DNA of 51,557 nt from Candidatus Woesearchaeota archaeon CG10_big_fil_rev_8_21_14_0_10_36_11. Its GTDB lineage: Archaea; Nanobdellota; Nanobdellia; Woesearchaeales; GW2011-AR9. The position numbers and the translations under genes were made by a program. The notes beneath the pieces are model-generated. The model was not told where the DNA came from. It did not search any database and worked only from the letters and a program-made list of their open reading frames with translations. This document shows positions 10,378 to 19,485 of this stretch, in pieces; within the stretch, counting starts at the first letter, position 1, and every line of letters begins with the position of its first letter. The stretch is from contig PCYB01000066.1 in NCBI GenBank assembly GCA_002762845.1, positions 1 to 51,557 on the forward strand. The letters run 5' to 3'.

Positions 10378-11385
10378 ATGGGTTCAAATAAGACAATTAA
10401 GTTAGGGGTTATAGGAATTGGTTCTATTTTTAAGACTCATTATAAAGCAATTACTTCCATAAAGAACGCAGAATTAGTAGCTCTTTGCTCTCGGTCTGAA
10501 GAGAAGCTTCATTCTGAAGCAGAAAAGTTAGGGGTTAAAGCATATCGTACAGTTGAGGAAATGGTAGCTGATCCAAAGATCGATGCTGTCATTGTTCTTA
10601 CACCACCGTATACTCATACAGATATTGGGTTGAAAGTAGCACGCGCAGGCAAGCATCTTCTTATTGAAAAACCTCTTGACATTGACATTGAGAAAGCGCA
10701 ACAGTTGGTAGAAGAATGTGAAAAAAATAATGTTATATTAAGCGTCATTTCACAGATGAGGTTTGGTGGTGCAGTACAAAAAGCAAAACGATTGATTGAA
10801 CACGGAACGTTAGGAAAGCTAACCCTTCTTCGTGTTTCTATGAAATGGAATAGGAGCAAAAAATATTACGATTCTAGTTCTTGGATAACAGATTCTCAAA
10901 AGTCTGGCGGTGGAGTTTTGATTAATCAAGGGATTCATTTTGTAGACCTGCTTCGGTGGTTAGGCGGTCCGTATACTAAAGTGTCTTCATTTAAATGTAC
11001 TTTGAAACATACTGTTCCAATAGAAGATACGTTTGTTGGTATGGTACAATTCAAGAATAATGCATTGGGAATAATCGAGGCAACAACGACAGCATGTCGA
11101 AACCTTCCAAATATTATTGAAGTTCATGGAACTAATGGTTCAATAGTTATAAAGAATAATAAGATTATTGAATATCATTTTGGTGATTACTCACTCTTTA
11201 ATACAATCAGATCAAAATTATATTCAAAAATATTCTCATTTATTCCGTTGAAGAAAGGCCATATTACAGATCAGATTACCAATTTCGTTTCAACAATCAA
11301 TAAAGAGGAAAAACTTTTCGTTCCTGGTTCAGAGGGATTGGACACATTAAAGTTATGTCGGAAATTGTATGAAAATGGTACATAA
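10378..11385 (+). CDS. Gfo/Idh/MocA-family NAD(P)-dependent oxidoreductase
   Basis: IKLGVIGIGSI Rossmann start and the LLIEKPL motif. GAGG lies about 8 bp upstream of the ATG. Confidence 0.8.
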   Translation: MGSNKTIKLGVIGIGSIFKTHYKAITSIKNAELVALCSRSEEKLHSEAEKLGVKAYRTVEEMVADPKIDAVIVLTPPYTHTDIGLKVARAGKHLLIEKPLDIDIEKAQQLVEECEKNNVILSVISQMRFGGAVQKAKRLIEHGTLGKLTLLRVSMKWNRSKKYYDSSSWITDSQKSGGGVLINQGIHFVDLLRWLGGPYTKVSSFKCTLKHTVPIEDTFVGMVQFKNNALGIIEATTTACRNLPNIIEVHGTNGSIVIKNNKIIEYHFGDYSLFNTIRSKLYSKIFSFIPLKKGHITDQITNFVSTINKEEKLFVPGSEGLDTLKLCRKLYENGT

Positions 11386-12520
11386 ATTAATACAAAAAGC
11401 AAGAACAGCGATTACTAAAGTTAGGCCAGTTTATAACGTCGCAAGAAAGATATATTATCGTCAAGAACGTAAATATCTTAAAGAGATTTATTCCCGAACT
11501 TTGAAAACTGGTGATGCACCATTTCCAGAGATGGTTATTTTTGAACCTACAGCACGGTGCAATTTAAAGTGTAAGATGTGCTTTTTTAATCGCCTTGCGC
11601 AGGTTAAGAAAGATGTTCCAGAACTTACCATGGAAGAAATAAAAGAGATATTCACAAAAAATAGGTTCAAGAAAGTCAACCTTATCGGTGGAGAACCGAT
11701 GATGCATCACAACATCCTCGATACGATGAAATTGTTTGATTCTCTTGGCATGAAATACGATTTAGCAACGAATGGGACATTGATTAATGCGATAAATATT
11801 GATACTCTTGCGCAGATGAAAGGATTAGTAAGTGTTGGCATGTCTTTAGATGGTAATCAGGAGATGCATAACGAAATCCGCGGTTCTCCCGTTGCATTCC
11901 AAAGAACATTGGAAGCGTTTAAAATGCTTCATCAAAAAGGAATCATTACCAACATCGTTTCTGTTGTCATGAAAGAAAATCTTCCGTACCTTAAAGATAT
12001 TGTCAAAATTGCACACGAAAATGGTATTAAATCCGTGTGGTTTGAAATTGAACGGTATTATATCAAGAATGAAATTGCACAAACTCAATCTTTACTTAAA
12101 GTGCGTGATGAAGATAAAGACGACGTTTTTCCCTTGATGATAATTGATGAATATACTCGGGCGTATTCTGTAGATGAATTGAAAACGTCTCTTCAGGAAG
12201 CACAAGAATATGGAAAGAAGAACGGCGTTAACGTCTTTTTTTATCCTGATTATTTACTAACACAAGTAAATGACTGTCATGCCAGAACACTTCGGCGGAA
12301 TGGTCGGTTTATGTGCCGGTTCATTAACAGGGCGAGGATAGATCCGTATGGGAACGTTATTCACTGCGGGCAATTACGCAAATCTTTTGGTAATCTGAAA
12401 GGAAAATCCTTTAAAGAGATTTGGACTAGCCAAGAATATAAAGAGTTTCGATTGAACTTGTTAAACCATAACCTTATGCCCATCTGTGAGACTTGTTTGA
12501 ATATGGTTAAGATAAATTAG
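11369..12520 (+). CDS. Radical SAM enzyme with C-terminal Cys-rich (SPASM-like) region
   Basis: EPTARCNLKCKMCF (CX3CX2C), a GGEP motif, and C-terminal Cys residues (CRF, HCGQ, CETC). Overlaps the upstream gene by 17 nt. Confidence 0.75.
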   Translation: MKMVHKLIQKARTAITKVRPVYNVARKIYYRQERKYLKEIYSRTLKTGDAPFPEMVIFEPTARCNLKCKMCFFNRLAQVKKDVPELTMEEIKEIFTKNRFKKVNLIGGEPMMHHNILDTMKLFDSLGMKYDLATNGTLINAINIDTLAQMKGLVSVGMSLDGNQEMHNEIRGSPVAFQRTLEAFKMLHQKGIITNIVSVVMKENLPYLKDIVKIAHENGIKSVWFEIERYYIKNEIAQTQSLLKVRDEDKDDVFPLMIIDEYTRAYSVDELKTSLQEAQEYGKKNGVNVFFYPDYLLTQVNDCHARTLRRNGRFMCRFINRARIDPYGNVIHCGQLRKSFGNLKGKSFKEIWTSQEYKEFRLNLLNHNLMPICETCLNMVKIN

Positions 12521-13764
12521 TTTTTTTTGTATCGTATCAATTTTTCATACACTTTCCTATGATGTTGAAACACAGCCGATACATTAGATACTTTGGTAAT
12601 GAGAGCAAGTCCATTCTTTGCAAGCCTTTCTCTGGTGTCCGGTTCTTTAATAAGTGTGATTATAGCGTTTGTCATGTCTTTAACGTTTCTTGCTTCAACC
12701 ACTAGGCCTGTTTTACCATGAATAACAAGCTCAGAACTACCGCCAACATCTGTTGCAATAATAGTTTTTTTCATTGTAAATGATTCAAAGATAATGCGTG
12801 TAAGCGGTTCCGGCCATAACGATGGCGAGATAACAAAGTGTGAATGTGCATATTCTTCTCTCATTGTTTCGTGGTTGATATTTCCTAAGAACGTTACATT
12901 TTGTTTCAATCGTAATCTTCTTGTCAACTTTACCAACTTTTCCATTGATGATCCCTCGCCCGCGATACGTAATTGTGTGTTAGGATATTTATCAACTACA
13001 TATCTAAATGAATGTAGAAGATAATCAAACCCTTTTGTTTTTTTCAGTCCGCCCGCAGTAAATATTCTTATTTTTTGGGACGTTCCTATACCATTAATGG
13101 GGCTCCATTCTTCTTTCTGCACTTTTATTGTTTTTATTTTTCTCTTTTCAATACCAGACTCAATAACTTTATTTTTCACAAAATCCGAAACAGTAATGTA
13201 ATAATCAATATTTTTGAAATAATGGAGCAGCCGATTATTCTGTGTATAAAACCATGGAAAGACAAGATAACTTATCCATCCTTTTCCATATCTCTGAACA
13301 AACGACTCATATAACCACTTTTTGTACATCTTTTTGTTGTACCTAAACGGAACAATTCCTTGTTCTAAAGGAATAGACAAATTACACACAAAACGATAAT
13401 CTCTGACGGTAAACACTGTTGGAATTTTTAACTTCTTTGACACTTTAATTGCCGTTATCATCATGGAAGAATCTTGTATATGAACAACATCTGGTTTTTC
13501 TTTTTGAAGAATTGTATGTATTCTTTTTTCCATAAGTCTATCAATATATTTGTGTCCTATAAGAAGAACAGAATTTGGTACATGTCGTACTGAAGGAATA
13601 GAATAACATCGAAAGGGCATTGGATGAGATATCTTTGTTGTTATCACAAATGCAGAATCATTCTTATTTTGAGAAGTATTAAAACTCTTTGCAAGGAGAA
13701 AACTACTGATTTCTGCTCCTGACGTTTTTTGTCCAAGGAATGTAGCAATGATAGCGACTTTCAT
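12517..13764 (-). CDS. GT4-family (group 1) glycosyltransferase
   Basis: C-terminal EPLTRIIFESFTMKKTIIATDVGGSSELV (EX7E-type motif). Confidence 0.8.
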   Translation of the reverse strand: MKVAIIATFLGQKTSGAEISSFLLAKSFNTSQNKNDSAFVITTKISHPMPFRCYSIPSVRHVPNSVLLIGHKYIDRLMEKRIHTILQKEKPDVVHIQDSSMMITAIKVSKKLKIPTVFTVRDYRFVCNLSIPLEQGIVPFRYNKKMYKKWLYESFVQRYGKGWISYLVFPWFYTQNNRLLHYFKNIDYYITVSDFVKNKVIESGIEKRKIKTIKVQKEEWSPINGIGTSQKIRIFTAGGLKKTKGFDYLLHSFRYVVDKYPNTQLRIAGEGSSMEKLVKLTRRLRLKQNVTFLGNINHETMREEYAHSHFVISPSLWPEPLTRIIFESFTMKKTIIATDVGGSSELVIHGKTGLVVEARNVKDMTNAIITLIKEPDTRERLAKNGLALITKVSNVSAVFQHHRKVYEKLIRYKKN

Positions 13765-15032
13765 GATGTTATTCTTGTTGTCTTAATACTTTTTATTTTT
13801 CTGTATGTTTTATATGTTGTAATAAGTTGTTGTATAACTGAATTCTCATCATATTTCAGCACTTTTTTCATCCCGACAATGCCCATTTTCTTCCTTTGGT
13901 CAGGTTTTTCGATAAGTGTCTTCAGGGTAGTATGTAACTCTTGTATATTGCCTGGTTGTACAAGTATCCCCGCACATTTCTCTATAGTTTCTTTGATACC
14001 ACCAATAGACGAGCCGATAACAGGTTTTCCAGCAGCCATAGATTCGATAGAAATTCTTCCAAACGGTTCTGGCCACAATGAGGGAAATACGACGATGTCT
14101 GCTACATCATAGATTGCTGGAATTTGAGAATAGGAAACTGGTTCATGGAGTGTCGCATTGAGTTTATTTTTGTTAATAAACTGTACCAGTTCTTCTTTGA
14201 GTACACCATCACCGTACAATGTACAATGACAGTCAAGTTCCCGTAATGCACGTAGAAGAATCTGTGGTCCTTTTGATTTGATTAATGATCCTAAGTACAC
14301 CACTTCAACTTTTTTACTTTTCCTATCTTTATTTTTATTCTTTATTCTAAACTCATGTACTGCAAGAGCATTTGGAATAACGATACTCTGTAATTTATGT
14401 TGATGCAAGATTCCCTGGACATATTTACTTATTGCAATGAGATTACAATACTGTAATGATTTTTGTAATTTTGTATAGTATCTATAAACATACCAGAGAA
14501 ATAAAGGATTATACTTGAAATACCATATGTTTTTCATCTTCCCTATTTCTACAGATTGTTGTTGACAGGAAATGAATTGTAATGGAGAACATCGTATCAT
14601 ACACTCTTTTTTTCCGTGAAATATCCTATCTCCCTTTGGACATAACGCGGGATAACTTTCAACTGTTGCACAGAGCGGAATCTCGAGATGGTTCAGTTTT
14701 GGTGCCGCAATGCAACTTGTTCCAATAAAATGAATGATGTCAAACTTCTTTCTTCTTGTCATCAGCAATACTTCTTTATCAATCGATTTTGGAAAGTGAA
14801 CACTTCGTATAATGTTATTCCGTATACCAATTGGCGATTCGCCCGTTGTACACGTTCTATAAACATGTATCCCATCAACAATTTCGTATCTCTGAAGACC
14901 TTTATGGTACGATGTTAATACAGAAACTCCTACTCCCTGTTTCACTAATGCTTTCGCAAGGAGATGAAGGTTTATCTCGCCACCACCCATAATCTTTGGA
15001 GGGAAATATTCTGAAACAAAGAGAATGTCCAT
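13761..15032 (-). CDS. GT4-family (group 1) glycosyltransferase
   Basis: EPFGRISIESMAAGKPVIGSSIGGIKE. ATGA overlap with the downstream gene. Confidence 0.8.
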   Translation of the reverse strand: MDILFVSEYFPPKIMGGGEINLHLLAKALVKQGVGVSVLTSYHKGLQRYEIVDGIHVYRTCTTGESPIGIRNNIIRSVHFPKSIDKEVLLMTRRKKFDIIHFIGTSCIAAPKLNHLEIPLCATVESYPALCPKGDRIFHGKKECMIRCSPLQFISCQQQSVEIGKMKNIWYFKYNPLFLWYVYRYYTKLQKSLQYCNLIAISKYVQGILHQHKLQSIVIPNALAVHEFRIKNKNKDRKSKKVEVVYLGSLIKSKGPQILLRALRELDCHCTLYGDGVLKEELVQFINKNKLNATLHEPVSYSQIPAIYDVADIVVFPSLWPEPFGRISIESMAAGKPVIGSSIGGIKETIEKCAGILVQPGNIQELHTTLKTLIEKPDQRKKMGIVGMKKVLKYDENSVIQQLITTYKTYRKIKSIKTTRITS

Positions 15033-15079
15033 AATACAATTGCGAGAAAAATGGCTTTATAATGGTTATGGAGAAAGGT

Positions 15080-16219
15080 TCAGTTCTTATGAGACAAAAT
15101 CCTATACAACTCTAAATATTTCTCAATACTCGGTGCCCATTCAAATCTTCTGATTGGGGTCTCGTTATACTTCCCTTTCGCTCCCTGTATGACTTTTTCT
15201 GCAAGTTCTCTATAATCTTTACTTTTAAACATAAGATATTTCCCAGACACAACTTCAGGAATAGAACCGGCATCACTTACAATTACTGGCTTGTGCATCG
15301 CAACAGATTCAGTTGTTGTGTATCCAAACCCTTCTGCAAGTGACGGCACAACAATACAATCAGCGGCGTTAATATAATCACCTAACTCCTCATATGGTAC
15401 TGAGGGAACAATCTTGACATAACTTTCTATCTTTAGTTTTTTAATGAGTTGTCGCAGTTCTTGATATTTATTTTTATACTTATCTATAGACCCTAACATT
15501 AACAAGAATAATGAGTTTGGCAATCTCTCTTTAATATATGGAACTGCCTTAAGAACATATTCAAACCCTTTTGATGGTCCTGGCCGACCCCATGAAAAAT
15601 ATACAAACTTTTTTTCTGCACCTAACTCTTTTCGTATTCTCTTTGCGTTTTCAGTATTAAAATTCGTTGGATCCCAGAACGTATAATCCAATCCGTTATA
15701 GATTGTTACTGTTTTCTTTTCTTTGATGCCGGATCGTATCAAATCGTTCCGTGTTGCGTTTGATACACAAACGTACTTATCAAAAGGCAACATGTAAATT
15801 AATCGTTCTAAACATTCATGAATGAATGACTTTATCCACGGAAATCCTGTGTTTTTTCTCCATTTACCAATCCACACTTCATGTATCGTAAGAACAACTT
15901 TTTTCCCTGTAAGTTTCGCAGCTATCCATGCTGGTACAGCACCATTAAATGTTGTCGTCTGAATTATATCTGCTTGCCGTGCCATCTTGATTGCGTTTGG
16001 GATAGCAGAAAACGTAAAGACATATCGAGAAAAGAACGAAGGAACACGATAAACTTTCACGCTGTTCATGACTTCTTTTTCTTTTGTGTTTTTTAATTGG
16101 TGCGTGAGGAGCGCGACGGTATGGCCACGTGTGACGTACCCTTCTGCAATATTCTTGAACACAACTTCTGCTCCGCCATAATGCGGAATATAATTCTCAC
16201 ACACGAAAAGAATTTTCAT
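15080..16219 (-). CDS. GT4-family (group 1) glycosyltransferase
   Basis: N-terminal HYGGAE and C-terminal EGFGYTTTESVAMHKPVIVSDAGSIPE. Confidence 0.8.
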   Translation of the reverse strand: MKILFVCENYIPHYGGAEVVFKNIAEGYVTRGHTVALLTHQLKNTKEKEVMNSVKVYRVPSFFSRYVFTFSAIPNAIKMARQADIIQTTTFNGAVPAWIAAKLTGKKVVLTIHEVWIGKWRKNTGFPWIKSFIHECLERLIYMLPFDKYVCVSNATRNDLIRSGIKEKKTVTIYNGLDYTFWDPTNFNTENAKRIRKELGAEKKFVYFSWGRPGPSKGFEYVLKAVPYIKERLPNSLFLLMLGSIDKYKNKYQELRQLIKKLKIESYVKIVPSVPYEELGDYINAADCIVVPSLAEGFGYTTTESVAMHKPVIVSDAGSIPEVVSGKYLMFKSKDYRELAEKVIQGAKGKYNETPIRRFEWAPSIEKYLELYRILSHKN

Positions 16220-16230
16220 TTTTAACTCTC

Positions 16231-16602
16231 TTATTTTTGTTTCACTTCTTGTTTTTCTTTTCCATATTCTTCAGCATTTTGTAATGCTTGCTTTCGCACA
16301 AACATTTTTAGTTTATGTTCAAGCTTCTTTGTCTTGCTATAATTATAAAACCCAAGTGCAAGAAGGATAAAGAATCCAAACACTACAAAAAAGTCAAGTC
16401 TTCGATAAAAGTTGAGCGGATCAATTATGGGGTCAAGGATACTAGGAGATATTGCGGTGATGCCAAGAATAATCCATCCAGCAGTCCACGTAATAAACTC
16501 TCCTGAGTTAAGTTCCTTCCGTTTATATTTGACATATGTGAAATAAATCATTGCTATACCAAAGATTATTCCAAGTAGTTGTATCCATAATGTTGTATTC
16601 AT
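16231..16602 (-). CDS. Small membrane protein, DUF2304-like GT2 partner
   Basis: 123 aa with 3-4 TM segments. The YKRKELNSGEF motif follows TM1. There is a 4-nt overlap with the upstream GT2 gene, an arrangement typical of this family. Confidence 0.5.
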   Translation of the reverse strand: MNTTLWIQLLGIIFGIAMIYFTYVKYKRKELNSGEFITWTAGWIILGITAISPSILDPIIDPLNFYRRLDFFVVFGFFILLALGFYNYSKTKKLEHKLKMFVRKQALQNAEEYGKEKQEVKQK

Positions 16603-17252
16603 TTGAAAAACCTCCAGAGGAACATTTTCATGACAATACTTACGCCATCAAGAACTGTTGTTCCTTTGTATTTATCAGCATAAATTGTTTGTATTGGAAT
16701 CTGTGCATAGGACACTTTATGTTTTCCTGCGCGTGCAATCATTTCCGACTCCATACTATAATCCGATGCATTCCATCGAATTTTCTTATATGTTTCTGCT
16801 GTAAATGCCCTATACCCACATTGTGTATCTTTTACGGTAATACCATACAATATCTTTGTTGTTTTATTTATGAATGCATTTCCAAATCGTAGAACGAATG
16901 GCATTGACGTGCCAAGGGTTCTATATCCAAAAACAAGGTTTACATTGTTCAGTTTCTCAATAAATTCTGGTATCTTTTCTGGGTCATGTTGACCGTCAGC
17001 ATCCATGACAATGATATTGTGAACATTCTGTGTTATAGCATAATCACACCCAGTTTTGAGTGCTGCCCCTTTCCCCAAATTAACTGCATGTTTAAGAAAT
17101 ATAACATTTTCTTCCTGTACAATCTGTTCTGTAGTATCGTGACTTCCATCATCCACGATAATGATATCCTGGACGTATTTCTTGACAGCATGAATGACGT
17201 TTCTGAGTGTCTTTTCCTCGTTATATGCTGGAATGATAACAACAGTGTTCAT
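16599..17252 (-). CDS. GT2-family glycosyltransferase (dolichyl-phosphate sugar synthase-like)
   Basis: VVIIPAYNEE, VDDGSHD and MDADGQH motifs. Confidence 0.85.
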   Translation of the reverse strand: MNTVVIIPAYNEEKTLRNVIHAVKKYVQDIIIVDDGSHDTTEQIVQEENVIFLKHAVNLGKGAALKTGCDYAITQNVHNIIVMDADGQHDPEKIPEFIEKLNNVNLVFGYRTLGTSMPFVLRFGNAFINKTTKILYGITVKDTQCGYRAFTAETYKKIRWNASDYSMESEMIARAGKHKVSYAQIPIQTIYADKYKGTTVLDGVSIVMKMFLWRFFK

Positions 17253-17316
17253 GGAAAGAATATCAAAGAATACGGTATATAAGGATTATGAAATAAGAGA
17301 AATGTGGTTCAAGATT

Positions 17317-18351
17317 TTAAAGAAATCTCTCAACGACTCGTGTTAATCCTTCTTTAAATACAGGAATGTCCATAAACTGTTCATATTCTCGTTGACCAAA
17401 CTGGTGAAGGGCATACAACACAGTTGCGCCACACATACCATGTAAAGGCATATCACATACTCTTTGTCGTAACGCGTCTGGGTCATCTGGAACCGGAATT
17501 ACATTTTTGTTTTCCCAACAATCTGGTGCAATAAATGATACTCCACCTTTTAATGCTTCTCTAAGGATGCGCCTTGCAATTATTTCTTTATTTGTATCGT
17601 CGCTTCTAGTATTGTCTTTTGCCCATGTATACATCCACATGGAATTCTCATGCCTTCTTTGAATTACTTCAATTGGAACATCGTCTTTTAAATCAATCAC
17701 GTACACGAAACAGTTTGATACTGCGCCACTATCAGTTTCTTGTTTCCATGCACCAATACATCGCACCTCTGCAACATCATCTCTATGAATTGCTGCTTCT
17801 TCTTCAGCTTCTGTGTATACTCCTTCTTTAATTGGGTCGTATTGAGGCAGTAAATGGCCATTTTGACCATTTATGGAAAGTGGAACCGATCCTCCAGGTA
17901 TAGTAAGTATTCTTCCTAGTCCACCAGCACCCCCACCACGTTCTCCAAACAAAAGTGTGTCTTTCCCATCCACTGAATGTGCACGTGTAAACCCATAAAT
18001 AACAGTTTCAATTAAACCATTACTTTCAACTTTCTTTTTTCTTTGAGCCTGAACCGTAAAAGAGTCAGTACCATATCCGTTTAATCGAAGAACGTTATCT
18101 CCCTTCATCCGAGAAAGGCTTGCTTCAAAATCAGCAAGTGCAAGAAGTTCTTCCTGCCATTCAAGCTCGGGGATTCCTTTGTTAATATAAACCGCATCTC
18201 CATATTGTTCTCTAAGAACTTCAAAATTTGGTCTTCCATGACGTAAAAATGTATCGATTCTTCTTTCAAGTAATGGAAAGCTATTATGTATAGTAACCTC
18301 AAGTTTTGGTTCATTATCTTTCGGGAAATGCTTCAAAAGAGTATTTGTCAT
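17317..18351 (-). CDS. Hypothetical protein (possible divergent Nudix-like segment)
   Basis: 344-aa intact ORF. TIPGGSV...EGVYTEAEEEAAI loosely resembles a Nudix box with an insertion. Amino-acid composition differs from neighbouring glycan genes. Confidence 0.25.
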   Translation of the reverse strand: MTNTLLKHFPKDNEPKLEVTIHNSFPLLERRIDTFLRHGRPNFEVLREQYGDAVYINKGIPELEWQEELLALADFEASLSRMKGDNVLRLNGYGTDSFTVQAQRKKKVESNGLIETVIYGFTRAHSVDGKDTLLFGERGGGAGGLGRILTIPGGSVPLSINGQNGHLLPQYDPIKEGVYTEAEEEAAIHRDDVAEVRCIGAWKQETDSGAVSNCFVYVIDLKDDVPIEVIQRRHENSMWMYTWAKDNTRSDDTNKEIIARRILREALKGGVSFIAPDCWENKNVIPVPDDPDALRQRVCDMPLHGMCGATVLYALHQFGQREYEQFMDIPVFKEGLTRVVERFL

Positions 18352-18411
18352 ATTTTTCCTTCACGTTATGTTCGCTTTATAAGAATTATGCAAAAAAACT
18401 CAAATATAATT

Positions 18412-19476
18412 TTACGATAAATTATTTAACTTTAACAAGTCAGAAACAAGAGATTTTCGTAATTCTGTGTCCATTTTTATTCTATCACAATCATGGCACA
18501 TCGGTAACAAGCAAAAATTCTTTTCTAGATGGATTTTTCGTAAACATTTTAGCTTATCATTATTCCAACATTCTTTCAACGTACTTATATTTAAATCTCC
18601 ATACGTTAACTTTGCCTCAAAATCAACACAGCATACTGTTAATGTCCCATCATAATTAACGATGAACCTATTCCATAGTAAATTACATGGAGCCCATTTT
18701 TCTTTTGGAAGCATTATATCTTTTAGTTTAGAATCAATCTCTAGCGGAAGAGAACTATCATCCACCTGACTACCCTGATTTGACACAATGTTAAACAATG
18801 TTTGATCAACAATCTTACCAAACACATTATTATAATTCAAAAGGTCGTTATAATTCTCTTTCATGATAACAAACGACGCAAATATTCCCAATGTAGATTT
18901 TTTCTCATCACGCAATTTACGTAATTTTTGTATATTTTCTACTAATTTATCCCACTTTGCATTCACACGGATAGATTCATAACTTTCTTTTGCTCCAGAA
19001 TCAATAGAAAATTTTATGGAATCCAATCTTGATTCTATTATTTTATGTATCTTGTTGTCGTCTAATACTTGACCGTTCGTTGTTATGTACACATATTTCA
19101 TACCTGCTTCTTTTGCAATGGTAATGAAATCAAATATTTTTGTATGTAAAAACGATTCACCCGTTGTGTATAACGCAACATTTTCAATCCCTAACTCTTT
19201 TGCTTCGGTAATAACTTTTCTAAACAATTCTTCAGACATAAAGCCTATTTTTCGTTTCATATCTTTATGATAACACATCTTGCATCGTAAATTACATGCA
19301 TTCGTCACTTCGAACATTATTGTTTTAGGATACTCAGCATCTAAAGAAAGTTTTTTCTCATCTCCCCACATCTTTACTTTTCTGTCACGTATTAAGATTT
19401 TTGTATCTTCAATTGCAGACTTTTGTGAAGTATCATCACTATTTTCCGTTTCATCTTTTGTATTACTTTCAACCAC
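18412..19476 (-). CDS. Radical SAM enzyme with SPASM-like C-terminal Cys cluster
   Basis: EVTNACNLRCKMCY (CX3CX2C) and C-terminal CNLLW...CCVDF...CHDC. Apparent GTG start 10 nt after the aglB stop. Confidence 0.75.
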   Translation of the reverse strand: MVESNTKDETENSDDTSQKSAIEDTKILIRDRKVKMWGDEKKLSLDAEYPKTIMFEVTNACNLRCKMCYHKDMKRKIGFMSEELFRKVITEAKELGIENVALYTTGESFLHTKIFDFITIAKEAGMKYVYITTNGQVLDDNKIHKIIESRLDSIKFSIDSGAKESYESIRVNAKWDKLVENIQKLRKLRDEKKSTLGIFASFVIMKENYNDLLNYNNVFGKIVDQTLFNIVSNQGSQVDDSSLPLEIDSKLKDIMLPKEKWAPCNLLWNRFIVNYDGTLTVCCVDFEAKLTYGDLNISTLKECWNNDKLKCLRKIHLEKNFCLLPMCHDCDRIKMDTELRKSLVSDLLKLNNLS

Positions 19477-19485
19477 TTTACAGTC

